Below are positions 12,195-24,759 of a stretch of 64,000 bases of DNA, piece after piece (the first letter of the stretch is position 1; the number at the start of each line of letters is the position of its first letter). Position numbers and translations under genes: made by a program. The notes below the pieces were generated by a model. That model had not been told where the DNA came from and ran no database searches. It saw nothing but the letters and a program-made list of their open reading frames with translations. Origin of the DNA: Ylistrum balloti (lineage: Eukaryota); contig NW_026782349.1 in assembly GCF_031769215.1 (NCBI RefSeq), forward strand, positions 239,634 through 303,633, in the 5' to 3' direction.

Positions 12195-12895
12195 GTAGGT
12201 GTTGGAAGGAGGAGCTGGATTCATCACAGTGAAAGAGATGATAGGTGTTGGAGGAGGCAAGGGAGGGAATGGGCTGGACTCATCACAGATAAGGAGACAG
12301 AAGATGTTAGAGGAAGGGAGGGGGCTGGACTCATCACAGATAAGGAGACAGAAGATGTTAGAGGGAGGGAGGGGGCTGGACTCATCACAGATAAGGAGAC
12401 AGAAGATGTTAGAGGGAGAGAGGGGGCTGGACTCATCACAGATAAGGAGACAGAAGATGTTAGAGGGAGGGAGGGGGCTGGACTCATCACAGATAAGGAG
12501 ACAGAAGATGTTAGAGGGAGGAAGGGGCTGAACTCATCACAGATAAGGAGACAGAAGATGTTAGAGGGAGGGAGGGAGGGGGCTGGACTTATCATAGATA
12601 AAAGACAGAAGATGTTAAAGGGAGGGAGGGGGCAGGAGTCATCACAAATAGAAGATAGTAGGTGTTAGATGAGGCAGAGGAGGGAGGGGGCTGGAGTCAT
12701 TGATGATAAGGATAAGGTAGGTAGAGAGGGCAGGAGAGGATGGGACTGGACTCATTACAGATAAGGTGATGGTAAATGTCAAGGGAGGGTGGCTGGACTC
12801 CTAACAGATATGGAGATGGTAAATGTCAAGGGAGGGTGGCTGGACTCATCACAGATATGGAGATGGTAGATGTTGGGAAAGGTGGCTGATTGTAG
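12166..12895 (+). repeat. 51-bp minisatellite, about 14 units, seeded at the CDC23 exon 5 donor
   Basis: Period 51. The unit is GGCTGGACTCATCACAGATAAGGAGACAGAAGATGTTAGAGGGAGGGAGGG. The first unit is the exon end plus donor (GGCTGGACTCATCACAGACAAGGAGACGgtaggtgttgg). Later units carry gacAGAAGAtg, with the GT lost. Confidence 0.9.
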
Positions 12896-13063
12896 ATTGT
12901 AGGAATTTGTGTAGGTAATTTTTTTCTTTTTGTTTTGATGGTAAGACACACTTGATTTAAAGGAAAACAAAACCAGTTTTGATATTTATCACTAAGAGTG
13001 GTCAGCGTGAACTATCTTGTCCCCAGCGACACTTTGATTCTGTTAGTATTTTGTGTCCAACAG

Positions 13064-13241
13064 CTGTTATCCCTGTACCTGCCAAACCACTGGATAAAGA
13101 ATGTGTTTCTAGCCCACATCTACCTCCAACTCCAACTGAATGAGGAGGCAATGAAGATCTACCAGAGCTTGGCAGAAAATGGGTTTGCCAAAAGTTCCTA
13201 CATTGTATCACAGATAGCAGTGGCTTATCACAACATGAGAG
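13064..13241 (+). CDS. CDC23: CDC23 exon 6 (LLSLYLPNHWIKNVFLAHIYLQLQLNEEAMKIYQSLAENGFAKSSYIVSQIAVAYHNMR)
   Basis: Matches human FLSLPDTWMKEFFLAHIYTELQLIEEALQKYQNLIDVGFSKSSYIVSQIAVAYHNIRD. Acceptor ccaacAG; the first donor is g|GTGAGTAG at 13242. That donor is copied about 32 times in the downstream array, so the donor actually used is ambiguous. The first copy gives the correct frame. Confidence 0.8.
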
Positions 13242-14955
13242 GTGAGTAGTTCCAACATTGTATCACAGATAGCAGTGACTTACCACAACATGAGAGGTGA
13301 GTAGTTCCAACATTGTATCACAGATAGCAGTGACTTACCACAACATGAGAGGTGAGTAGTTCCAACAATGTATCACAGATAGCAGTGACTTACCACAACA
13401 TGAGAGGTGAGTAGTTCCAACAATGTATCACAGATAGCAGTGACTTACCACAACATGAGAGGTGAGTAGTTCCAACAATGTATCACAGATAGCAGTGACT
13501 TACCACAACATGAGAGGTGAGTAGTTCCTACATTGTATCACAGATAGCAGTGACTTACCACAACATGAGAGGTGAGTAGTTCCTACAATGTATCACAGAT
13601 AGCAGTGACTTACCACAACATGAGAGGTGAGTAGTTCCAACAATTTATCACAGATAGCAGTGACTTACCACTACATGAAAGGTGAATAGTTCCTACATTG
13701 TATAACAGATAGCAGTGACTTACCACAACATGAGAGGTGAGTAGTTCCAACAATGTATCACAGATAGCAGTGACTTACCACAACATGAGAGGTGAGTAGT
13801 TCCAACATTGTATCACAGATAGCAGTGACTTACCACAACATGAGAGGTGAGTAGTTCCTACAATGTATCACAGAAACAGTGACTTACCACAATATGAGAG
13901 GTGAGTAGTTCCAACATTGTATCACAGATAGCAGTGACTTACCACAACATGAGAGGTGAGTAGTTCCTACAATGTATCACAGATAGCAGTGACTTACCAC
14001 AACATGAGAGGTGAGTAGTTCCTACAATGTATCACAGATAGCAGTGACTTACCACAACATGAGAGGTGAGTAGTTCCAACAATTTATCACAGATAGCAGT
14101 GACTTACCACTACATGAAAGGTGAATAGTTCCTACATTGTATAACAGATAGCAGTGACTTACCACAACATGAGAGGTGAGTAGTTCCAACAATGTATCAC
14201 AGATAGCAGTGACTTACCACAACATGAGAGGTGAGTAGTTCCAACATTGTATCACAGATAGCAGTGACTTACCACAACATGAGAGGTGAGTAGTTCCAAC
14301 ATTGTATCACAGATAGCAGTGACTTACCACAACATGAAAGGTGAGTAGTTCCTACATTGTATCACAGATAGCAGTGACTTACCACAACATGAGAGGTGAG
14401 TAGTTCCAACATTGTATCACAGATAGCAGTGACTTACCACAACATGAGAGGTGAGTAGTTCCAACATTGTATCACAGATAGCAGTGACTTACCACAACAT
14501 GAGAGGTGAGTAGTTCCAACATTGTATCACAGATAGCAGTGACTTACCACAACAGGAGAGGTGAGTAGTTCCAACATTGTATCACAGATAGCAGTGACTT
14601 ACCACTACATGAGAGGTGAGTAGTTCCAACATTGTATCACAGATAGCAGTGACTTACCACAACAGGAGAGGTGAGTAGTTCCAACATTGTATCACAGATA
14701 GCAGTGACTTACCACTACATGAAAGGTGAATAGTTCCAACAATGTATCACAGATAGCAGTGACTTACCACAACATGAAAGGTGAGTAGTTCCTACATTGT
14801 ATCACAGATAGCAGTGACTTACCACTACATGAAAGGTGAATAGTTCCAACAATGTATCACAGATAGCAGTGACTTACCACAACATGAGAGGTGAGTAGTT
14901 CCTACATTGTATCACAGATAGCAGTGACTTACCACAACATGAGAGGTGAGTAGTT
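13193..14955 (+). repeat. 55-bp minisatellite, about 32 units, made of copies of the CDC23 exon 6 end plus 5' splice site
   Basis: Period 55. The unit is TTCCAACATTGTATCACAGATAGCAGTGACTTACCACAACATGAGAGgtgagtag. Every unit retains AGGTGAGTAG. Confidence 0.95.
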
Positions 14956-15120
14956 TTAAAACCCTAAACTGAATTTCATTAGTTTGATTTTGTGATTTAA
15001 AAACATTGAATGTTTTATATTTGTAGAAAAATCCCTACATTTTGAGTCATTAAGAAAATCTACTAAACTGTCATGGTTCACATGTATGGTCAGTGACAGT
15101 GGTTTATTTTGTTGCTGTAG

Positions 15121-15218
15121 ATGTAGATCAGGCAATGACTGTGTTCACAGAGCTTCAGGAAATGGACCCCTACAGACTGGAAAATATGGACATTTTCTCC
15201 AACCTGCTCTATATCAAG
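15121..15218 (+). CDS. CDC23: CDC23 exon 7 (DVDQAMTVFTELQEMDPYRLENMDIFSNLLYIK)
   Basis: Matches human IDKALSIFNELRKQDPYRIENMDTFSNLLYVR. Acceptor ttgctgtAG; donor GTTTAC at 15219. Confidence 0.8.
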
Positions 15219-16138
15219 GTTTACTCTATATTCTATAATAATTCTAATAAAGAAAGAACATCTGATACTTGTAATGTTCATATCTAATGGCAGAAATTTT
15301 ATATCAATTAATACTCCATAAGCTTAATCTTATATCTATCTATAAATTTAGTTGTTTGGATGGTGTTTGTTCAGAGCTCTCACACCCCATTTTGGGACTA
15401 GGGCCTGGGGCCCTTAGAATTGGGTAAAATAATGGTGTTTTCCTTAGAATTGGGAAAACTTGGGGTCTAAATTGGGAAAAAAGATACTATTTTGCATTGG
15501 GAATGGAGCCGAATATCAGCCCCAAATCTGGCAGATCGAGAGTGCTGTTGTTAAACTCTGATCAATATGTCACTCTCTTGAACATTTCTGTGTTAATTAT
15601 TTCATGGTTAGAAAATTTACTGTTCTGATTAGTTCTAGAAGGTTTCCATCTCTACAGTCATTCAGATCAGAGAGATGTACATACACCAGTTATGTTTCCT
15701 AGTGTATCTCTATCTAAGTCATAATAGCACATGTTTGCTTATCACTTAACTATCCTGTTAACAGTTTAAAAACACCTATTACATAATTAATATGTGTGTA
15801 TTATGACCTAGCAGAGCTGTGATTGCATGAAGGTTCCCATTGCTTTGTGGCATCATGTGGAAAGTGACATCATCAAAAAGAGATGGACCATAGATTTTGT
15901 ATTAGCCTTGTAAAATTATATTGACACAAATGTTGCGAAAATATCCTTATTATGTGATAAACAGTGTCTTGCATATATTTCCATTTCATATCTCAGATTG
16001 AATAAAAATTTAAAAGACCTCCTTCATTTCCATTTGAATCAAGACTCATATAAGATCCTTTCTATTTAATGTTAGTTGTTGGTGCATTCTGAATGACATT
16101 ATGATAACCTTGTGACAGATGGTCCCATGCTATTGTAG

Positions 16139-16220
16139 GAGATGAGAGCTGAACTTGCCAACCTAGCTCACAAGTGTTGTGATATTGATAAATACCGGGT
16201 AGAGACTTGCTGTGTTATAG
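16139..16220 (+). CDS. CDC23: CDC23 exon 8 (EMRAELANLAHKCCDIDKYRVETCCVIG)
   Basis: Matches human SMKSELSYLAHNLCEIDKYRVETCCVIG. Donor GTATGT at 16221. Confidence 0.85.
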
Positions 16221-16261
16221 GTATGTAATCTAAATACTTTACATGTGTATGTCAAAAGTTT

Positions 16262-19200
16262 ATGATGTTGTACACTGCATTGTGATATACTGTGGACAAG
16301 GCTATGATATTGGTACACTGTGTTCTGTGATATACTGTGGACAAGGCTATGATAATGTACCCTGTGTTCTGTGATATACTGTGGACAAGGCTATGATATT
16401 GTACTGTGTGTTCTATGATATACTGTGGACAAGGCTATGATAATGGTACACTGTGTGTACTGTGATATACTGTGGACAAGGCTATGATATTGTACACTGT
16501 GTTCTGTGATATACTGTGGACAAGGCTATGATATTGTACACTGTGTTCTGTGATATACTGTGGACAAGGCTATGATATTGTACACTGTGTTCTGTGATAT
16601 ACTGTGGACAAGGCTATGATATTGTACTGTGTGTACTGTGATATACTGTGGACAAGGCTATGATATTGTACCCTGTGTTCTGTGATATACTGTGGACAAG
16701 GCTATGATATTGTACTGTGTGTACTGTGATATACTGTGGACAAGGCTATGATATTGTACACTGTGTTCTGTGATATACTGTGGACAAGGCTATGATATTG
16801 TACACTGTGTTCTGTGATATACTGTGGACAAGGCTATGACAATGGTACACTGTTCTGTGATATACTGTGGACAAGGCTATGATATTGTACACTGTGTTCT
16901 GTGATATACTGTGGACAAGGCTATGATATTGTACTGTGTGTACTGTGATATACTGTGGACAAGGCTATGATATTGTACACTGTGTTCTGTGATATACTGT
17001 GGACAAGGCTATGATATTGTACACTGTGTTCTGTGATATACTGTGGACAAGGCTATGACAATGGTACACTGTTCTGTGATATACTGTGGACAAGGCTATG
17101 ATATTGTACACTGTGTTCTGTGATATACTGTGGACAAGGCTATGATATTGTACTGTGTGTACTGTGATATACTGTGGACAAGGCTATGATATTGTACACT
17201 GTGTTCTGTGATATACTGTGGACAAGGCTATGATATTGTACTGTGTGTACTGTGATATACTGTGGACAAGGCTATGATATTGTACTGTGTGTACTGTGAT
17301 ATACTATGGACAAGGCTATAATATTGTACTGTGTGTACTGTGATATACTGTGGACAAGGCTATGATATTGTACACTGTGTTCTGTGATATACTGTGGACA
17401 AGGCTATGATATTGTACTGTGTGTACTGTGATATACTGTGGACAAGGCTATAATATTGTACTGTGTGTACTGTGATATACTGTGGACAAGGCTATGATAT
17501 TGTACACTGTGTTCTGTGATATACTATGGACAAGGCTATGATATTGTACCCTGTGTGTACTGTGATATACTGTGGACAAGGCTATGATATTGTACTGTGT
17601 GTACTGTGATATACTGTGGACAAGGCTATGATATTGTACACTGTGTTCTGTGATATACTGTGGACAAGGCTATGATATTGTACTGTGTGTACTGTGATAT
17701 ACTGTGGACAAGGCTATGATATTGTACTGTGTGTACTGTGATATACTGTGGACAAGGCTATGATATTGTACTGTGTGTACTGTGATATACTGTGGACAAG
17801 GCTATGATATTGTACACTGTGTTCTGTGATATACTGTGGACAAGGCTATGATATTGTACTGTGTGTACTGTGATATACTGTGGACAAGGCTATGATAATG
17901 TACACTGTGTTCTGTGATATACTGTGGACAAGGCTATGATATTGTACACTGTGTGTTATACTGTGTTATATTGTGGACAAGGCTATGATATTGTACACTG
18001 TGTGTTATACTGTGTTATACTGTGGACAAGGCTATGATATTGTACACTGTGTTCTGTGATATACTGTGGACAAGGCTATGATATTGTACTGTGTGTACTG
18101 TGATATACTGTGGACAAGGCTATGATATTGTACTGTGTGTACTGTGATATACTGTGGACAAGGCTATGATATTGTACTGTGTGTACTGTGATATACTGTG
18201 GACAAGGCTATGATATTGTACACTGTGTTCTGTGATATACTGTGGACAAGGCTATGATATTGTACTGTGTGTACTGTGATATACTGTGGACAAGGCTATG
18301 ATAATGTACACTGTGTTCTGTGATATACTGTGGACAAGGCTATGATATTGTACACTGTGTGTTATACTGTGTTATATTGTGGACAAGGCTATGATATTGT
18401 ACACTGTGTGTTATACTGTGTTATACTGTGGACAAGGCTATGATATTGTACACTGTTCTATGATAAACTGTGGACAAGGCTATGATATTGTAATGTGTGT
18501 ACTGTGATATACTGTGGACAAGGCTATGATATTGTACTGTGTGTACTGTGATATACTGTGGACAAGGCTATGATATTGTACTGTATGTACTGTGATATAC
18601 TGTGGACAAGGTTATGATATTGTACACTGTGTTCTGTGATATACTGTGGACAAGGCTATGATATTGTACTGTGTGTACTGTGATTTACTGTGGACAAGGC
18701 TATGATATTGTACTGTGTGTACTGTGATATACTGTGGATAAGGCTATGATATTGTACTGTGTGTACTGTGATATACTGTGGACAAGGCTATGATATTGTA
18801 CTGTATGTACTGTGATATACTGTAGACAAGGCTATGATATTGTACTGTATGTACTGTGATATACTGTGGACAAGGCTATGATATTGTACACTGTGTTCTG
18901 TGATATACTGTGGACAAGACTATGATATTATACACTGTGTTCTGTGATATACTGTGGACAAGGCTATGGTATTGTACTGTGTGTACTGTGATATACTGTG
19001 GACAAGGCTATGATATTGTACTGTGTGTACTGTGATATACTGTGGACAAGGCTATGGTATTGTACTGTGTGTTCTATGATATACTGTGGACAAGGCTATG
19101 ACAATGGTACACTGTGTGTTCTGTGATATACTGTGGACAAGGCTATGATATTGTACACTGTGTTCTATGATATACTGTGGACAAGGCTATGATATTGTAC

Positions 19201-22200
19201 TGTGTGTACTGTGATATACCGTGGACAAGGCTATGATATTGTACTGTGTGTACTGTGATGTACTGTGGACAAGGCTATGATATTGTACTGTGTGTACTGT
19301 GATGTACTGTGGACAAGGCTATGATATTGTACTGTGTGTACTGTGATATACTGTGGACAAGGCTATGATATTGTACTGTGTGTACTGTGATATACTGTGG
19401 ACAAGGCTATGATATTGTACACTGTGTTCTATGATATACTGTGGACAAGGCTATGATATTGTACTGTGTGTACTGTGATATACTGTGGACAAGGCTATGA
19501 TATTGTACTGTGTGTACTGTGATGTACTGTGGACAAGGCTATGATATTGTACTGTGTGTACTGTGATGTACTGTGGACAAGGCTATGATATTGTACTGTG
19601 TGTACTGTGATGTACTGTGGACAAGACTATGATATTGTACACTGTGTTCTGTGATATACCGTGGACAAGGCTATGACAATGGTACACTGTGTTCTGTGAT
19701 ATACTGTGGACAAGGCTATGATATTGTACACTGTGTTCTATGATATACTGTGGACAAGGCTATGATATTGTACTGTGTGTACTGTGATATACTGTGGACA
19801 AGGCTATAATATTGTACTGTGTGTACTGTGATATACTGTGGACAAGGCTATGATATTGTACACTGTGTTCTGTGATATACTGTGGACAAGGCTACCCTGT
19901 GTGTACTGTGTTGATATACTGTGGACAAGGCTATGATATTGTACTGTGTGTACTGTGATATACTGTGGACAAGGCTATGATATTGTACACTGTGTGTCTG
20001 TGATATACTGTGGACAAGGCTATGATATTGTACTGTGTGTACTGTGATATACTGTGGACAAGGCTATGATATTGTACTGTGTGTACTGTGATATACTGTG
20101 TGTGTACTGTGTGACTGTGATATACTGTGGACAAGGCTATGATATTGTACACTGTGTGTCTGTGATATACTGTGGACAAGGCTATGATATTGTACTGTGT
20201 GTACTGTGATATACTGTGGACAAGGCTATGATATTGTACACTGTGTTCTGTGATATACTGTGGACAAGGCTATGATATTGTACTGTGTGTACTGTGTGTG
20301 TTATACTGTGTTATATTGTGGACAAGGCTATGATATTGTACATGTGTGTGTGTGTACTGTGATATACTGTGGACAAGGCTATGATATTGTACTGTGTTCT
20401 GTGATATACTGTGGACAAGGCTATGATAGTGTACTGTGTGTACTGTGATATACTGTGGACAAGTCTATGATATTGTACTGTGTGTACTGTGATATATTGA
20501 TATTGTACTGTGTGTACTGTGATATACTGTGGACAAGGCTATGATATTGTACTGTGTGTACTGTGATATACTGTGGACAAGCTATGATATTGTACTGTGT
20601 GATATACTGTGGACAAGGCTATGATATGTGTACTGTGATATACTGTGGACAAGGCTATGATATTGTACTGTGTTACTGTGATATACTGTGGACAAGGCTA
20701 TGATATTGTACTGTGTGTACTGTGATATGATACTGTGGACTGTGATATAAGGCTATGATATTGTACTGTGATATACTGTGGACAAGGCTATGATATTACT
20801 GTGTGTTGATATTGTGGACAAGGTGTGTACTGTGTATACTGTGGACAAGGCTATGATATTGTACACTGTGTTCTATGATATACTGTGGACAAGGCTATGA
20901 TATTGTACTGTGTGTACTGTGATATACTGTGGACAAGGCTATGATATTGTACTGTGTGTACTGTGATATACTGTGGACAAGGCTATGATATTGTACTGTG
21001 TGTACTGTGATATACTGTGGACAAGGCTATGATATTGTACTGTGTGTGTGTACTGTGACATACTGTGGACAAGGCTATGATATTCTACTGTATGTACTGT
21101 GATCTACTGTAGACACGGCTATGCTATTGTACTGTTTGTACTGTGATATACTGTGGACAAGGCTATGATATTGTACTGTGTGTACTGTGATATACTGTGG
21201 ACAAGGCTATGATATTGTACTGTGTGTACTGTGATCTACTGTGGACAAGGCTATGATATTGTACTGTGTGTACTGTGATATACTGTGGACAAGGCTATGA
21301 TATTGTACTGTGTGTACTGTGATATACTGTGGACAAGGCTATGATATTGTACTGTGTGTACTGTGATATACTGTGGACAAGGCTATGATATTGTACTGTG
21401 TGTACTGTGATATACTGTGGACAAGGCTATGATATTGTACACTGTGTTCTGTGATATACTGTGGACAAGGCTATGATATTGTACAGTGTGTACTGTGATA
21501 TACTGTGGACAAGGCTATGATATTGTACTGTGTGTACTGTGATTTACTGTGGACAAGGCTATGATATTGTACTGTGTGTACTGTGATATACTGTGGACAA
21601 GGCTATGATATTGTACACTGTGTTCTGTGATATACTGTGGACAAGGCTATATGATATGTGATATACTGTGTGATATTGTACTGTGTGATATACTGTGGAC
21701 AAGGCTATGATACTGTGTGTACTGTGTGTACTGTGTGATATACTGTGGACAAGGCTACTGTGATATTGTACTGTGTACTGTGTGTACTGTGATATACTGT
21801 GGACAAGGCTATGATATTGTACTGTGTGTACTGTGATATACTGTGGACAAGGCTATGATATTGTACTGTGTGTACTGTGCTATGATTGTACTGTGTGTAC
21901 TGTGGACAAGGCTATGACTGTGTGTATTGTACTGTGTGTACACTGTGTGTACTGATATACTGTGGACAAGGCTATGATATTGTACACTGTGTTCTGTGAT
22001 ATACTGTGGACAAGGCTATGATATTGTACACTGTGTTGGACAAGGCTATGATATACTGTGGACAAGGCTATGATATTGTACTGTGTGTACTGTGATATAC
22101 TGTGGACAAGGCTATGATATTGTACTGTGTGTTCTGTGATATACTGTGGACAAGGCTATGATATTGTACACTGTGTTCTGTGATATACTGTGGACAAGGC

Positions 22201-23556
22201 TATGATATTGTACACTGTGTGTTCTGTGATATACTGTGGACAAGGCTATGATATTGTACACTGTGTGTACTGTGATATACCGTGGACAAGGCTATGATAT
22301 TGTACTGTGTGTTCTGTGATATACTGTGGACAAGGCTATGATATTGTACACTGTGTGTTCTGTGACATACTGTGGACAAGGCTATGGTATTGTACACTGT
22401 GTGTACTGTGATATACCGTGGACAAGACTATGATATTGTACTGTGTGTACTGTGATATACTGTGGACAAGGCTATGATATTGTACTGTGTGTTCTGTGAT
22501 ATACCGTGGACAAGGCTATGATATTGTACTGTGTGTTCTGTGATATACCGTGGACAAGGTTATGATATTGTACTGTGTGTACTGTGATATACTGTGGACA
22601 AGGCTATGATAATGGTACACTGTGTGTTCTGTGATATACTGTGGACAAGGCTATGATATTGTACACTGTGTTCTGTGATATACTGTGGACAAGGCTATGA
22701 TATTGTACTGTGTGTTCTGTGATATACTGTGGACAAGGCTATGATATTGTACTGTGTGTACTGTGATATACTGTGGACAAGGCTATGATATTGTACTGTG
22801 TGTACTGTGATATACTGTGGACAAGGCTATGATATTGTACACTGTGTGTTCTGTGATATACTGTGGACAAGGTTATGATATTGTACACTGTGTTCTGTGA
22901 TATACTGTGGACAAGGCTATGATATTGTACACTGTGTGTTCTGTGATATACTGTGGACAAGGCTATGATATTGTACACTGTGTTCTGTGATATACCGTGG
23001 ACAAGGCTATGATATTGTACACTGTGTTCTGTGATATACTGTGGACAAGGCTATGATATTGTACACTGTGTTCTGTGATATACTGTGGACAAGGCTATGA
23101 TATTGTACACTGTGTGTTCTGTGATATACTGTGGACAAGGCTATGATATTGTACACTGTGTTCTGTGATATACTGTGGACTATGATATTGTACACTGTGT
23201 GTTCTGTGATATACTGTGGACAAGACTATGATATTGTACACTGTGTTCTGTGATATACTGTGGACAAGGCTATGATATTGTACTGTGTGTACTGTGATAT
23301 ACTGTGGACAAGGTTATGATATTGTACTGTGTGTTCTATGATATACTGTGGACAAGGCTATGATAATGGTACACTGTGTGTTCTGTGATATACTGTGGAC
23401 AAGGCTATGATATTGTACTGTGTGTTGTGTGATATACTGTGGACAAGGCTATGATATTGTACTGTGTGTTCTGTGATATACTGTGGACAAGGCTATGGTA
23501 TTGTACACTGTTGTGTGATATACATTTGACAAGGTTATGATATTGTACACTGTATT
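16262..23556 (+). repeat. About 7.3-kb minisatellite (unit about 44-45 bp, about 165 copies) filling CDC23 intron 8
   Basis: Unit TGTGGACAAGGCTATGATATTGTACACTGTGTTCTGTGATATAC. It has degenerate patches at 20100-20850 and 21640-22060. It ends in the acceptor of exon 9. Confidence 0.95.
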
Positions 23557-23561
23557 TGTAG

Positions 23562-23726
23562 GTAACTACTATTCTATACGACAACAGCATGAGAAGGCGG
23601 TACTGTACTTCCAGAGGGCACTAAAACTTAACCCCCACTACTTATCTGCCTGGACTCTGATGGGCCACGAATTCATGGAACTGAAGAACACGTCTGCTGC
23701 TCTTCAGGCTTACAGACAGGCAATAG
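23562..23726 (+). CDS. CDC23: CDC23 exon 9 ([54 protein letters not shown])
   Basis: Matches human [54 protein letters not shown]. The acceptor tatttgtAG is the last, degenerate unit of the 7.3-kb array. Donor GTAAAA at 23727. Confidence 0.85.
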
Positions 23727-23989
23727 GTAAAAAAGCTGACAGTTTAATTCACTTTAAAATAATATTATTTCTGTATAATTATACACAGTTATTGTTTAAC
23801 AGAGAATGTTATGAAACCAGAGGCATTCACAGAGAAGAACTACAAGCTACCGTCAGGTGAAGAGTATGGATTTTAATCTCACACAGTATGAGTCAATTTC
23901 TGTACAGATGAACTTCAGCATTATGTGATAGTTAAAGGCTTTATGCTCACATAGTCTAAAGGTGGCATTGTTTTTATATTTGGCTGGTA

Positions 23990-24420
23990 TGTTCCTAGGA
24001 TAATGACTGACAAAGTTTGCAAAAAGAAATGACCTTGACCTATATTCAAAGTTACAGGGGTCAGATTTGTAAAAACTTCAATGACTTTTTCTTATAAACT
24101 AAAAGGCCTTGATGCATGTTATGTGATTGGTTTGTACCTATGATGAAGCTTGACAAAGTCTACGAATATAAATTACCTAAACTTATATTCAAGGTCACAA
24201 GAGTCAGATTTTTTAAAACCTTTTAATGATTTTTTTTTCTGATGAACTAAAAGGCCTACAGGCATGATATTTGGCTAGTATTTTACTAGGATGAAAACTA
24301 TCTAAGTTTGCGAAAAAGAATGACCTTGACTTACATTCAAGGTCACAGGGATGAAATTTGTTAAAACATTTAAATGACATCTTCTCATGAACTAAAAGGC
24401 CTAGAGGCATGATATTTGGC
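23990..24420. repeat. About 120-bp tandem unit x3 (..AATGACCTTGACCTATATTCAAGGTCACAGGGGTCAGATTTGT..)
   Basis: Direct reading. The GACCTTGACC/CAAGGTCA-containing unit is related to the array at 42470-42900. Confidence 0.8.
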
Positions 24421-24650
24421 TGGTATATAAATATATGCTAGGTGAATGCTGTAGGCCCAATGGACCTCTTGTTATCCCTCAGAATCAGACGAGAGGTCCG
24501 ATAGTGGAAATGGTGTAAAATTTTCCAAAAAATTAAGTTTTGGGTGAATAAGGTTATTTAGATATCATTTATTGGAATGTTATAGTTTAGACTGATTCCA
24601 CTTTTAGTACAGCTAATTAACCATGTTGAAATGTAACTCTTTTAAATCAG

Positions 24651-24759
24651 AGGTTGAACGGCGAGACTACCGAGCATGGTACGGACTTGGACAAACCTAC
24701 GAAATCCTGAAGATGCATTACTACTGTCTCTACTACTATCGACAAGCCCAAAAACTCAG
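24651..24759 (+). CDS. CDC23: CDC23 exon 10 ([36 protein letters not shown])
   Basis: Matches human [36 protein letters not shown]. Donor GTGAGT at 24760. Confidence 0.85.

Noticed and set aside
12069-12668. 199-aa and 110-aa + strand ORFs and a 123-aa minus-strand ORF through the 51-bp array
   Set aside because: Only the first 126 nt are the real CDC23 exon 5. The rest is the in-frame 51-bp repeat (GLITDKETEDVRGREGA repeated) after the donor at 12195.
13193-23556. CRISPR-like appearance of regularly spaced 44-55-bp direct repeats
   Set aside because: The units are contiguous, head to tail, with no unique spacers. The context is eukaryotic with introns, so these are minisatellites, not CRISPR arrays.
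19931-23590. Many 60-110-aa ORFs (..YNIIALSTVYHRHTV.. and CGQGYDIVH..) in the 16-23-kb region
   Set aside because: They are reading frames through the 44-45-bp minisatellite, with no splice or start context.
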